49,305 bases of DNA from Thermoproteota archaeon (GCA_027491735.1 JAOZGP010000034.1:1-49305); one strand, 5' to 3'. Numbered from the stretch's first letter, positions 1-9,300 are shown. The notes: generated by a model from the letters alone, not told the origin. Translations and numbers: made by a program.

Positions 1-194
1 AGGATGGGGTGGACTGGGGAGCTTGACCGATGACTTGAAGGTGCCCTCAGGAAGGCCATCCCATCGAATCCCATGGGAGGCCCTGGACTGTGTGAGAGGA
101 GCTGAGGGAGCGGCTGGTGACCAAGACGGTAAGTTGTGAGGATCAATTCCGTGAGCTTGCTAGTGGCTTGGGTGATCTTTTGAACCCCCTGAAT

Positions 195-210
195 GATAAA
201 CTTTTAATTT
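195..210 (+). promoter_or_regulatory. BRE/TATA promoter of tRNA-Trp
   Basis: GATAAAC-TTTTAATTT about 30 nt upstream of the tRNA 5' end. Confidence 0.55.
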
Positions 211-234
211 TGGCTCCACCAGCCCGGATATTGT

Positions 235-364
235 GGGGCCGTGGCCCAGCCAGGCACCCCCTGTGATATGAGAGGTGCCCTGGAGAGGTCCAGGGCGACG
301 GGCTCCAGTTAGGAGCACTGAGGGGGATACCCGGAGGACGTGGGTTCAAATCCCACCGGCCCCA
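235..364 (+). tRNA. tRNA-Trp(CCA) with two introns (D-loop 252-285; canonical 37/38 309-328)
   Basis: Acceptor stem GGGGCCG/CGGCCCC + discriminator A; T-arm GTGGG-TTCAAAT-CCCAC; D-stem GCCC/GGGC; anticodon CCA at 305-307. Removing both introns gives a 76-nt cloverleaf without encoded CCA. Confidence 0.92.
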
Positions 365-442
365 TCTCTTCTGATCATCTAGCAAATAATTAATAGAAAA
401 ATTGACCATTTATCAGTCAGGTGTTTAGCCTCGCGGGTCGCC

Positions 443-1711
443 GTGATGCGTTCCAGTGACCGGGCTGTCCAGGAGGCCTACTTCTACCTCATGAGTATGG
501 CGGGCCTCCCGTGGGAGGAGGTTGAGTCGCCGGATCCCATGGGCCATACTGTGGCCATAGCTCCAGAGGATTCTGAACTTGTTCCTCCACTGATGCCGAT
601 CGTGGTGATCGGCTCCACCATAACGCTCTATCATCCTCAGAGCAGGAGATCCAAGGAGGTCAGATCCGTGAGGCTTATGGGCGTGGATGTGCCGATATTC
701 GGCTACACCTACACTGCGCCTGGTAAGCGTGTGGGGGACATGCCCATAAAGGTCGATGAGGACAGAGTGTACGTTTGCTTCGACCTCTTCAGGGAGACCA
801 GCCGAATCCTCAGAGATCCGACGGGCAATAACTCTCACGTTCTGGTGGTGTACTCAATGCTCCTGAGGAGGCTTATAGGACATCTGAGCCTGAGGTCTGG
901 GATACCCTACGTCCATGTAATGAGATGGCCCTTTGGGGTGAGCAGAGCTGTATCTCTAGGCTTCGAGATCAGGTCACCGTCCCTCGGGAAGATATATAGG
1001 TGCAAAACAAGGGGGACAGCCTTCATGACACCCGAGGTGTTGGATGAGATCCGGGAGAGAGATGCTCAGTTCCTCACCTCCACCGGAAAAAACATCGGGG
1101 TTCTCTTGGATAGCCCTCCTAGAGGAAGTTTGCCAAGAATCCACGACAAAGCGACCTTCTTCAATAGAAACAAACCTGCTGGCTTTTTCTTGGGATCATA
1201 TAATCTGAGAAGTCTTGTGTTTTATGTAAATCCTCCTTATGTATCATCTGTTAGGCTTCGGAGATCCTCTCTAGGGTCCCCAGATCCATATCCTGCCTCC
1301 AGATCAACATTCTTGGAGGTGTACACAGCCCTCATAGCGAACAATCCAGGCGATTTGATATCCGTCCTGGAGATGGTTAAGGGATCAGAACCTCTCATCA
1401 CCGCTGTTCTGAGAAGGGCTGCTGATCTCAACATCCAGAACGTCTGGATATCCAGTTATGATGAACTTGTGGATTGGATCACGAGGAGGCGGAGCCTCAA
1501 AGTTGATCTTATGTACGGGAGGAAGAGGATCCTGTTGGAGTTGGGGAGTCCGGTCGATGTCATTGGCTTATCCATGACGCTGAGAGTCCCCAGGGGAGAA
1601 GTATACGCTAGAAGTGGTGATGTCTCGGTGAGAAGGGTGTCCAAGGAGAGCTATCTCCTGACCCTGGACGTCATCAGGGGGAGAAAGACTCTAGAGCTCG
1701 ACCTGGTGTAA
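443..1711 (+). CDS. Hypothetical protein with degenerate polysaccharide deacetylase (NodB)-like C-terminal domain
   Basis: 422-aa ORF; WPFGVSRAVSLGFEI resembles the WP-x-G-x3-A-x2-LTHDVD start of NodB-like domains; 'VWISSYDELVDW' resembles their end. Confidence 0.5.
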   Translation: MMRSSDRAVQEAYFYLMSMAGLPWEEVESPDPMGHTVAIAPEDSELVPPLMPIVVIGSTITLYHPQSRRSKEVRSVRLMGVDVPIFGYTYTAPGKRVGDMPIKVDEDRVYVCFDLFRETSRILRDPTGNNSHVLVVYSMLLRRLIGHLSLRSGIPYVHVMRWPFGVSRAVSLGFEIRSPSLGKIYRCKTRGTAFMTPEVLDEIRERDAQFLTSTGKNIGVLLDSPPRGSLPRIHDKATFFNRNKPAGFFLGSYNLRSLVFYVNPPYVSSVRLRRSSLGSPDPYPASRSTFLEVYTALIANNPGDLISVLEMVKGSEPLITAVLRRAADLNIQNVWISSYDELVDWITRRRSLKVDLMYGRKRILLELGSPVDVIGLSMTLRVPRGEVYARSGDVSVRRVSKESYLLTLDVIRGRKTLELDLV

Positions 1712-1716
1712 AGCAG

Positions 1717-2457
1717 ATGCCGGGCCTGGGAGATGACTGGAACGAAGTCTTAGATATGTTGAGGAGGACGATCCCTAAGTACGAGACAGTCAATCGGGCC
1801 ATAACCTTTGGCTACTCAACGCGAACTAGAAGAACCCTCATCAGACTGGCCTCCCTCCGCCCTGGCATGGTCGTCCTAGATGCTGGATGTGGGCCGGGAA
1901 CCCTCAGCGAGCTAATAGTGCCTAAGATAAGTCCTGAAGGAGTTCTATATCTGATGGATCCGTTGGACGAAATGCTGACAGCTGCTTCCTACACTTTAAG
2001 CAGGTTCAGGAGCTACAATGTGGAGCTTAGGTTCATGAAGGGTTCTTTTGAGGAGATCCCAACAAGAAGCAATTTTTTTGATGTTATATTAGCTTCCTAC
2101 TCGTTCCGGGATGCTAAGGATAGAGTAGCAGCTCTAAAGGAGGTGAGAAGGGTTTTGAAGCCTGGAGGACGGCTCCTCATACTCGAGCTCTCACGGCCCG
2201 ACATAAAACCCGTCGACCTCATTCTCAGAATTTACCTCAGATATCTCGTTCCAACGATATCAGAGATCATGTATAGAGGAAGGAAAAATCCTTGGAAAAT
2301 TCTGCACCGGACGTACGTGAGAATGTGGACCTCGTCCCGGCTGATTAGGGAGATATCCAAGTATTTCATATATGAGTTCTCCTATAGGATGGCTTTCGGC
2401 TCATTCACCATAGTTTCGGCCAGGAAGCCGGTCCACGAGGGACTGACAAAAAGTTAA
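1717..2457 (+). CDS. UbiE/MenG-family SAM-dependent methyltransferase
   Basis: YETVNRAITFG, VLDAGCGPG motif I, RVLKPGGRLLILE. Confidence 0.85.
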   Translation: MPGLGDDWNEVLDMLRRTIPKYETVNRAITFGYSTRTRRTLIRLASLRPGMVVLDAGCGPGTLSELIVPKISPEGVLYLMDPLDEMLTAASYTLSRFRSYNVELRFMKGSFEEIPTRSNFFDVILASYSFRDAKDRVAALKEVRRVLKPGGRLLILELSRPDIKPVDLILRIYLRYLVPTISEIMYRGRKNPWKILHRTYVRMWTSSRLIREISKYFIYEFSYRMAFGSFTIVSARKPVHEGLTKS

Positions 2458-2497
2458 TATGGACTCAGAAAGCCTCTACCCTGTGGTGATCAGGGTG

Positions 2498-2731
2498 TTG
2501 GAGGCGCTTGTGGCACTGAGGGTGAAACCTAACAGAACGGTTGATTTCAAAAAGAACTTTATGGCTTTGAATGCAGTGAAAGAAGTTCTTTACGTCACCG
2601 GTGAGTACGACTTTCTGATAAGAGTTGAGGCCAATAACACATTCGAGCTCTCAAGAAAGATAGAGGATCTGAGGTGTAAGGACGGAGTTGAGAAGACCGT
2701 GACGTTCATAGTGCTGGAGAAGCTCAGATGA
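2498..2731 (+). CDS. Stand-alone Lrp/AsnC ligand-binding domain protein
   Basis: YVTGEYDFLIRVEA...GVEKTVTFIVL; TTG start after GGTGA RBS (track start 2459 is the alternative). Confidence 0.8.
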   Translation: MEALVALRVKPNRTVDFKKNFMALNAVKEVLYVTGEYDFLIRVEANNTFELSRKIEDLRCKDGVEKTVTFIVLEKLR

Positions 2732-3231
2732 GGCTCTTCATAGTTCCCCTGAAACAGGACGACCCAAGAAGGTCGACAGGTATGAGGCTAATAAGAAGGA
2801 AGCTCGCTGAGAAATCTTCACCCAGGAGGAGAGGGACCCTTGTGCTGAACCCCTTTTCCAGAAAATACCTCTCTCCTGCTGATAAGGAGATCGTTGAGAG
2901 AAGAGGGCTTCTCGCCGTTGATGCTTCCTGGAACAGGATAGATCTCGTCAGATGGCCTCGTGGATATCATCGCAGACTCCCCCTACTTGTGGCTGCAAAC
3001 CCGATAAATTACGGAAAGCCCTTCAAACTCTCAACCTTGGAGGCAATGGCAGCGTCCCTTTTCATAATAGGACATGAGGAGAAGTGTTTCCTCCTCCTAG
3101 ACCAGGTGAAGTGGGGTGCAGAATTCTTCAGGATAAATGAGGAGAGATTGAAGGGTTACAGAAGCGCCAGCAATGAAGAGGAGATCAGGGACCTGAGCGA
3201 GAGATTCTGGAGCGATCTATCGGGTGTTTGA
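2728..3231 (+). CDS. tsr3: 16S rRNA aminocarboxypropyltransferase Tsr3 (DUF367)
   Basis: QDDPRRST, LSPAD, DASW, RRLPLLVAANPINYGKPFKLSTLEA, KWG. Confidence 0.92.
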   Translation: MRLFIVPLKQDDPRRSTGMRLIRRKLAEKSSPRRRGTLVLNPFSRKYLSPADKEIVERRGLLAVDASWNRIDLVRWPRGYHRRLPLLVAANPINYGKPFKLSTLEAMAASLFIIGHEEKCFLLLDQVKWGAEFFRINEERLKGYRSASNEEEIRDLSERFWSDLSGV

Positions 3232-3980
3232 GGATGACTGCTCTATACGTCAGAAATCTCTTCGTTAGGTCCTCTGGAGAGAAAATGATTCTCAAGAACG
3301 TAAGTCTCGAACTGTATAGTGGAGAGAGAGTCCTCCTTCTCGGTCCAAACGGCTCAGGCAAGTCCTCACTGATACAGACCATAATGGGAAACCCGAAGTA
3401 TGAGGTCGTGTCCGGAGAGATATACCTGAACTCTGAGAGGATAACAGATCTTCCCACTGAGGACAGAGTCTCCAGAGGGTTAGGGGTCATCTTTCAGATG
3501 TCTCCCGTTATAAGGGGAATATCTTTGAGGGATCTCCTGGTCAAGGTCTCGAAGAGAAGCGGTGTATCCCTCGAGGATGTGAGAGCCGTGGCAGATGAGC
3601 TCAATGCCACACATCTCCTCGATAGAAGCCTAAACCAGGGGTTCAGTGGAGGGGAAATGAAAAAGGCGGAGCTTCTTCTTCTATTTGCCCAAAACCCAAA
3701 GATAGCTCTGATAGACGAAATAGATTCTGGAGTGGATGTGGACAGCCTGAACTCGGTCGGAAAGGTGTTTCAGAGGCTGTTCTCTGATGAGAACAGAACG
3801 CTCCTTATCGTGACCCACACAGGACATATAGCCAGGTATGTCGGTGTTAACACGGCCTACGTCATGATAAATGGAAGAATAGTCTGTAAAGGGGACCCAA
3901 AGAGGATCTTGGAGACGATATTCAAGGAGGGGTTCAACAAGTGTTTGGAGTGTGTGGGTGTTGGGGATGAAGCTAGATGA
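3228..3980 (+). CDS. sufC: Fe-S assembly ABC ATPase SufC/SmsC
   Basis: GPNGSGKS, MGNPKYEV, GFSGGEMKKAE, DEIDSGVD; C-terminal C...CxxC. Confidence 0.9.
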   Translation: MRMTALYVRNLFVRSSGEKMILKNVSLELYSGERVLLLGPNGSGKSSLIQTIMGNPKYEVVSGEIYLNSERITDLPTEDRVSRGLGVIFQMSPVIRGISLRDLLVKVSKRSGVSLEDVRAVADELNATHLLDRSLNQGFSGGEMKKAELLLLFAQNPKIALIDEIDSGVDVDSLNSVGKVFQRLFSDENRTLLIVTHTGHIARYVGVNTAYVMINGRIVCKGDPKRILETIFKEGFNKCLECVGVGDEAR

Positions 3981-5163
3981 GGCGTTGGTTAGGGCGAGGA
4001 GAGCTCTGGACAAACCAGCTGAATTTGGACCTGATCTGAACGTAAGCGAGTTCGCCGTGGTCACTGGAGGGAATGAGCTCGCTCTGTCCAGGGGAAGAGA
4101 CCGGCTATCGCTCGTGGGGGTTGATCTAAGCGATGAGAATAGAGCTGGATCGTATTATCAGGTGGACGAGAGTGTTGTCGGGATAAGCGCTAAAATGCCC
4201 GGCCTAACTGTCCTCCCCTTCGAGCATGCCATTGAGGAGGGCATCATAGAAAACTATGTTTGGGAGTTGGTCCCACCCGATCTGGACAAGTACACCGCTC
4301 TCAATGCTATATACGGTAGGAGGGGATACGTTGTCGTAGCTGAGAGGAAGAGGAAAATAAGAGAGCCTGTGCAGGCCTGTCTGTTCATGTCCTCCCCAGG
4401 AGGGATACAGGTTCCACACAACGTTATAATAGCTGAGGAGGGTTCTGAGCTGAGCGTCTATACTGGATGCACTATAATGCCGGAGGTCGTCGGCCTGCAC
4501 GTTGGAGTCACTGAGATATATGTCAAGCATGGAGCCAAAGTCAACTTTGTGATGATCCATGCTTGGAACGAGGACGCTCATGTCAGACCACGGACAGCAG
4601 TTCTTGTGGAGGAAGGGGGAACATACGTTGAGCATTACATAAATATGGCTCCCGTGGCCTCCCTTCAGGCTAGACCGAGAGTCACGCTTGCAGGAAGAGA
4701 GGCTAAAGCCCACCTATCCTCTGTCATAGTGGCCAAAGGGAGATCTCTAATGGATTTTGGAGGTCTGATCAGGCTTGAGGGTGAGGAGACGAGGGGTGAG
4801 ATAGTGTCTAGGGTAATAGCCAAGGACTTCGCTAGGACCACATCGAGGCTTAGATTGGAAGCCAACGGGATCGGTTGTAGAGGACATACAGAGTGTAATG
4901 GCCTGATGCTCTCCAAGAGGGCTCAGATCCTGACGATACCGGAACTCTTGTCCTCAGTTAGCGATGCTGAGCTCACCCACGAAGCGGCTGTTGGTAAGCT
5001 TAAGGAGGAGGAGATATACTACCTGACCGCCAGAGGGATAAAGAGGAAGGAGGCCATCTCCATGCTGGTAAGGGGTTTCATGAACGTCAGGATCGAGGGG
5101 CTTCCCTCGAAGCTGAGAAGACAGATAGATTTGGCAATCGCGATGGCAGCAGCCGGTCTTTGA
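3967..5163 (+). CDS. sufB: Fe-S assembly scaffold SufB/SufD family (SmsB)
   Basis: PVQACL, HVRPR, GHTECNGL, LTHEAAVGKL-x5-YL-x2-RG; coupled to sufC. Confidence 0.88.
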   Translation: MKLDEALVRARRALDKPAEFGPDLNVSEFAVVTGGNELALSRGRDRLSLVGVDLSDENRAGSYYQVDESVVGISAKMPGLTVLPFEHAIEEGIIENYVWELVPPDLDKYTALNAIYGRRGYVVVAERKRKIREPVQACLFMSSPGGIQVPHNVIIAEEGSELSVYTGCTIMPEVVGLHVGVTEIYVKHGAKVNFVMIHAWNEDAHVRPRTAVLVEEGGTYVEHYINMAPVASLQARPRVTLAGREAKAHLSSVIVAKGRSLMDFGGLIRLEGEETRGEIVSRVIAKDFARTTSRLRLEANGIGCRGHTECNGLMLSKRAQILTIPELLSSVSDAELTHEAAVGKLKEEEIYYLTARGIKRKEAISMLVRGFMNVRIEGLPSKLRRQIDLAIAMAAAGL

Positions 5164-5166
5164 ATG

Positions 5167-6495
5167 TTATGAGGGCATTCTGAGCCTTATGTATTTGTAG
5201 GCCTCGTCCGAGGTCTCGAAAACATACCTCACGCGCGTGAAGTTCTTCCTGAACTCCACCACCTTCTTGGCTACGGTCCTCGGATCCTCCTTGTCTAGGA
5301 GAACCATCCTTACGAACTTGGCTACTTCCTTCATATCTTCCTCCTTCATTCCCAGTCTGGTGACCTCAGCCACGCCCATCCTGATACCTCCTGGATCAAG
5401 AAAGCTCCTTCCTCTCCTCACGTCCCATGGGAGGAGGTTTCTGTTCACTATTATGTTGGCCTCCTCCAGCAGCTTTTCAGCCTTCATGCCGCCGCCCATC
5501 TCGTGAACATCCAGAAGGACCTGATGGCTCCTCGTGAAGCCCTTCTTCTCACCTGGAACATTGAATCCTTCGTCGTGAAGTGCCTCTGCGAAGCTCTTAG
5601 CGTTCTTCACCACCTGGGAGGCGTACTCCCTCCCGAACATCAACATCTCTGCCAGAGTAACGGCCAAAGCTGCGACGGCATTGAGGTGATGGTTGCTCAG
5701 GAGCCCAGGAAAGCTGGCCTTTTTTATCCTCTCAAATTTCTCATCATCGTTCGTCAACACCATCCCATGCTGCGGTCCGGGAAGAGTTTTGTGAGTGCTC
5801 ATGGACATTGTGTCAGCACCCTCGCCAAGAGGGTCCTGAAACTTCCCTCCAGCTATGAGACCAGCTACATGAGCTGCGTCGTAGTTGACAACAGCTCCAA
5901 GGCTTTTAGCCGCATCGGAGATCTCCTTCACTGGATGGGGGAACAGGATCACACTACCGCCCAGCATGATCAGCTTCGGCCTGTACTTTTCCATCCTCTC
6001 AATAGTCTTGTCCACATCGATGTTAAGCTCCTCGTCTCTGTAGGCTAGGTACTTGACATCAAGACCTCTGACAGCTCCGGCCGTTCCTCCTATGAAGTTG
6101 CCCTTCTGCCCTAGAAGAGGACCCATGCTTATGTGCCCACCTTTTGTTATCGGGAGAGCCATCATCACATCCCCAGGAGAGGTGAAGGTTGTGTAGATCA
6201 CGAGATTTGCTACAACACCACTTATCGGTCTCACATCAGCGAATTTTACCCTGTAGAGGTGCTTGGCCAGCTCCATCGCTATGCTCTCCACCTCATCCAT
6301 GTATCTCGTACCAGCGTACACCCTCTCGCCCACCCATCCCTCGGCATATCTGTGACCGAAATCGCTTATCAGTGCCTCCTTCACAGCACAACTGGTGATG
6401 TTTTCGCTAGCTATGAGTGGTAGAGATGAAGAAAACCACCTATGATGCTCCTCAATCAGGTAGAAAACTTTCTCGTAAGCTTCCTTAGGATTCAA
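5167..6495 (-). CDS. glyA: Serine hydroxymethyltransferase
   Basis: LIASEN, HRYAEG, GGHIS, YDAAH, STHKTLPGPQ (PLP lysine); TTG start at 6495 after GGTGAGG RBS. Confidence 0.95.
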   Translation of the reverse strand: MNPKEAYEKVFYLIEEHHRWFSSSLPLIASENITSCAVKEALISDFGHRYAEGWVGERVYAGTRYMDEVESIAMELAKHLYRVKFADVRPISGVVANLVIYTTFTSPGDVMMALPITKGGHISMGPLLGQKGNFIGGTAGAVRGLDVKYLAYRDEELNIDVDKTIERMEKYRPKLIMLGGSVILFPHPVKEISDAAKSLGAVVNYDAAHVAGLIAGGKFQDPLGEGADTMSMSTHKTLPGPQHGMVLTNDDEKFERIKKASFPGLLSNHHLNAVAALAVTLAEMLMFGREYASQVVKNAKSFAEALHDEGFNVPGEKKGFTRSHQVLLDVHEMGGGMKAEKLLEEANIIVNRNLLPWDVRRGRSFLDPGGIRMGVAEVTRLGMKEEDMKEVAKFVRMVLLDKEDPRTVAKKVVEFRKNFTRVRYVFETSDEAYKYIRLRMPS

Positions 6496-6575
6496 TGGAC
6501 CCTCACCAGAACATCGGGATAGGTGTAAGATTAAACACTTTGGTCTTCTCCTAGGCATGGTTCGTGGTGACCTGA

Positions 6576-7547
6576 ATGGGAAAGGCCAGCAGGAAGATCT
6601 TGGAGATCATCTCAAAGCTGTCCGGAGCTGAAAGTGAAGATGTCGTTCTGGGACCACATCCCTGCATAGATGCTGGTATAGAGAAGATTTGTGGAGGATA
6701 CAGAGTTTACTCGGTGGATCCAACCTTTTCAGTCCCTCTGAAGGATTTGGGATATCTCGCCTTCTGCTTCTCATTCTCCGATGTAGCGGTCATTGGAGGG
6801 AAGCCCTCCCTGATGATCAACACGATCCTTCTCCCGGTCGATGCCGACGAGCGTCTGGAGGTTAAAATAGCGGAACAACTTGACAAGGTTGCCAGGAGAT
6901 ATGGAGTGAAGATAATTGCTGGGCACACCGGCAGGTACTCATGCGTGAAGGAGCCTGTCGTCGTCTCTACGGCCATAGGTTTTACCAAAAAACCTCTGAC
7001 TCCAGACAACATACTGGAGGGAGATTCTCTGATTCTCATCCGGCCCTTAGGATCTGAGTTCCTATACAGCCTGGCCAACCTGAGGCCGGAAGTCATGAGG
7101 TCCATGGATGCATCCATTGCTGTGTGGAGCAAGTCGAAGGAGGAGCTCAATGCTGTGGATCCTGCTCTTCTCATGTACGGATCCGGTTTCGCTTCCTACA
7201 TGAAGGATCTCGCTGAGGGAGGGCTTATAAGAGCTGCCAACGATCTTGCTGATGCGAGCGGGTTTGGGTTCGAGATAGTGTTCGACGAGCTTCCCATACC
7301 ACCAGAGCTGATGATCCTCTCGAAGAGGTTCTGTTTTGATCCACTAGCTGCCTCTAGTTCAGGGACTCTGCTCGTTGTGGTGAGATCCTGGAAAGCTGAT
7401 ATGGCTCTCGACTTCATAAGCTCGAGAGGTTTCGTGGCGAGGATCATCGGAAGGATTTTGAAGAAGGGGAGGTATCTCGTGAGGGAGGGGAGGAGGCATT
7501 CCTTTCCCGAGAGAGCGGAGGATCCCTACGCGAAGGTGGTCAAGTGA
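6576..7547 (+). CDS. AIR synthase-related (PurM/HypE-like) protein
   Basis: DVVLGP-x3-DA, SVDP, IAGHT, MKDLAEGGL, DPLAASSSGTLL. Confidence 0.8.
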   Translation: MGKASRKILEIISKLSGAESEDVVLGPHPCIDAGIEKICGGYRVYSVDPTFSVPLKDLGYLAFCFSFSDVAVIGGKPSLMINTILLPVDADERLEVKIAEQLDKVARRYGVKIIAGHTGRYSCVKEPVVVSTAIGFTKKPLTPDNILEGDSLILIRPLGSEFLYSLANLRPEVMRSMDASIAVWSKSKEELNAVDPALLMYGSGFASYMKDLAEGGLIRAANDLADASGFGFEIVFDELPIPPELMILSKRFCFDPLAASSSGTLLVVVRSWKADMALDFISSRGFVARIIGRILKKGRYLVREGRRHSFPERAEDPYAKVVK

Positions 7548-7783
7548 AATGTAAAATCAAGGAAATTCTTTCCATGATCTACTGGAAGCCTGGAGAGGAT
7601 CCGAAGAGTTTCAGCATAGTGTTCATCTCCAGAGGAGCTGAGAACTGCTTGGAGATCGTAAAGGCTTCAGAGGTGATGTTCTCAGGAGATCGCCTGAATT
7701 TAGGGGACCGCGTGATTCCTCTCCACAGAATAGTTGAGATCAGGAGGAATGGTCAGGTCATCTGGAGGAGAAGATCTCCTTAA
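7544..7783 (+). CDS. DUF504 (MJ1316-like) family protein
   Basis: IKEILSMIYW...FISRG...IPLHRIVEIRRNGQVIWRR. Confidence 0.8.
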   Translation: MKCKIKEILSMIYWKPGEDPKSFSIVFISRGAENCLEIVKASEVMFSGDRLNLGDRVIPLHRIVEIRRNGQVIWRRRSP

Positions 7784-8180
7784 ACCTGGTTACCATGTCC
7801 TCGCAGTTCTCCTCCAGAAACTTGGTGAATTGCACCAATCTCTGAATGGTTAGATCGCTTATTCCATGCTCTATATAGCACGCGTCCTCCTCAGCTATCT
7901 TCTCTGGAACTCCTAAGATGTCCGACAAGAACTCCTTTAGAAGAAGATGTTTCTCATAGACGTTCGAAGCTACCCTCGCTCCCTTCTCGGTGAGCCTGAT
8001 GAACTCGTGTTTCTCGTACTCCACATAACCCCTCCTCGTCAGGTCATTCAGATAGCCAACCACGCTGGACGGTTTAACCCTCAGTTTCTTAGCAATATCC
8101 TTAACTCTAATGAATCCCCTCTCCATCTGGAGGACATACATGACCTCTAAGTACTCCTCTGTTCTCTTACGACGACCCAT
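7758..8180 (-). CDS. DtxR/MntR-family metal-dependent transcriptional regulator
   Basis: EEYLE, RVKDIAKKLRVKPSSV HTH, KH-x2-L-x2-FL, EEDACYIEH. Confidence 0.92.
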   Translation of the reverse strand: MGRRKRTEEYLEVMYVLQMERGFIRVKDIAKKLRVKPSSVVGYLNDLTRRGYVEYEKHEFIRLTEKGARVASNVYEKHLLLKEFLSDILGVPEKIAEEDACYIEHGISDLTIQRLVQFTKFLEENCEDMVTRFKEIFSSR

Positions 8181-8268
8181 ACAGATCTTAGATACCCCTC
8201 CTGAGTCCTAAATTATAAAGGTTGAGGATTATATTTAAAAGGTCGATATAGTTGATCTATTGTTGTCG

Positions 8269-8724
8269 ATGAGGGGAGAGCTGGACACCTTGCTGTGGGT
8301 GCTCAGCAGCTCCACCAGGAGAAGGATTGTCAGGCTCTTGGTCAGGAGACCTGCTTATCTACTGGAGATGAACAAGAAGCTTGGTATATCTCAACAAGCA
8401 CTGTTAAAACATCTCAAAGAGATGGAGAGGAGGGGGATTGTTGAGACCTTCAACGAGAAGAGCTCCTACAACGCCCCCCCGAGAAAGTACTACAAGCTGA
8501 GAGACGATCTCACCTGGATATACACCTTCTTCATGGACGATGAGTTCATCAACCTTCTCCTTGGAGGAGAGGGCATGGATCCCGGATCAATGAACGATCT
8601 GATGAGCAGAATATCCGACATGATGGAAGAGATGTCAGGCGAGAACATAGATGTCATAATAAAGGAGGTGTGCAGGCTCCTCAGCTCTCTCCTCAGGATG
8701 AGGGAGCGGATGACAAATAGTTAA
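8269..8724 (+). CDS. ArsR-family winged HTH regulator, HSR1/Phr-like heat-shock repressor
   Basis: LSSSTRRRI, GISQQALLKHL, PPRKYYKL; first gene of the regulator-hsp20-cdc48 cluster. Confidence 0.8.
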   Translation: MRGELDTLLWVLSSSTRRRIVRLLVRRPAYLLEMNKKLGISQQALLKHLKEMERRGIVETFNEKSSYNAPPRKYYKLRDDLTWIYTFFMDDEFINLLLGGEGMDPGSMNDLMSRISDMMEEMSGENIDVIIKEVCRLLSSLLRMRERMTNS

Positions 8725-8725
8725 G

Positions 8726-8752
8726 TTTATATAGTAGCTAACCTTTAGTTAG
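8726..8752 (+). promoter_or_regulatory. hsp20 TATA box with HSR1-type operator CTAAC-N5-GTTAG
   Basis: TTTATATA at 8726-8733, followed by CTAAC-CTTTA-GTTAG at 8738-8752. Confidence 0.8.
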
Positions 8753-8790
8753 ATACTGGGTATAGTCGAATAATGGTGGGGGTGAGGGAT

Positions 8791-9300
8791 ATGTGGTGGA
8801 GCAGGAGGTGGAGGAGGATCTTTGAGGACCTGGAGAAAGAGATAGAGGAGATGGAGAAGATGTTTGACGAGGAGTTCTCTAGGATCTTCGAGACAATGAA
8901 GGGTGGAAAACCCTACGTGTACGGATTCAGCATAACAGTAGGTCCTGACGGCAAACCCGTCATAAGAAGGTTCGGAAACGTTGAGCCGCCATGGATCATC
9001 AAGGAGGAGAGAGAGGAGTACAGAACTCCGTTCGTCGACGTCTTCACTGATGAGAAGACTAATGAGGTCAAGGTTGTGGTGGAGCTTCCCGGCGTGAACA
9101 AGAACGAAATAAGCTTGGAAGCCACCGAGAAGACGCTGACCGTGGAGACCACAGGTGAGAGGAAGTACAAAACCAAGGTGGACCTGCCGGTGGAGGTTGA
9201 TCCCAACTCAGCCAAAGCGAACTACAACAACGGAGTTCTTGAGGTGGTCCTCAGACCGAGGGAGGAGCTCAAAAGGGGTAGAAGGATAAGAATAGAGTGA
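8791..9300 (+). CDS. hsp20: Small heat shock protein Hsp20
   Basis: PYVYGFSITVGPDGKP-x3-FGN, ELPGV, AKANYNNGVLEV; GGTGAGG RBS (alternative start 8773). Confidence 0.95.
   Translation: MWWSRRWRRIFEDLEKEIEEMEKMFDEEFSRIFETMKGGKPYVYGFSITVGPDGKPVIRRFGNVEPPWIIKEEREEYRTPFVDVFTDEKTNEVKVVVELPGVNKNEISLEATEKTLTVETTGERKYKTKVDLPVEVDPNSAKANYNNGVLEVVLRPREELKRGRRIRIE

Noticed and set aside
1-190. SRP RNA or RNase P RNA
   Set aside because: Lacks the SRP helix-8 GGAA motif context and the RNase P GAGGAAAGTCC/terminal signatures.
143-409. 88-aa minus-strand ORF
   Set aside because: Antisense shadow of tRNA-Trp (the WDLNPRP pattern is the reverse T-arm).
6496-6558. N-terminal extension of glyA
   Set aside because: Covers the divergent promoter region; the RBS supports TTG 6495.
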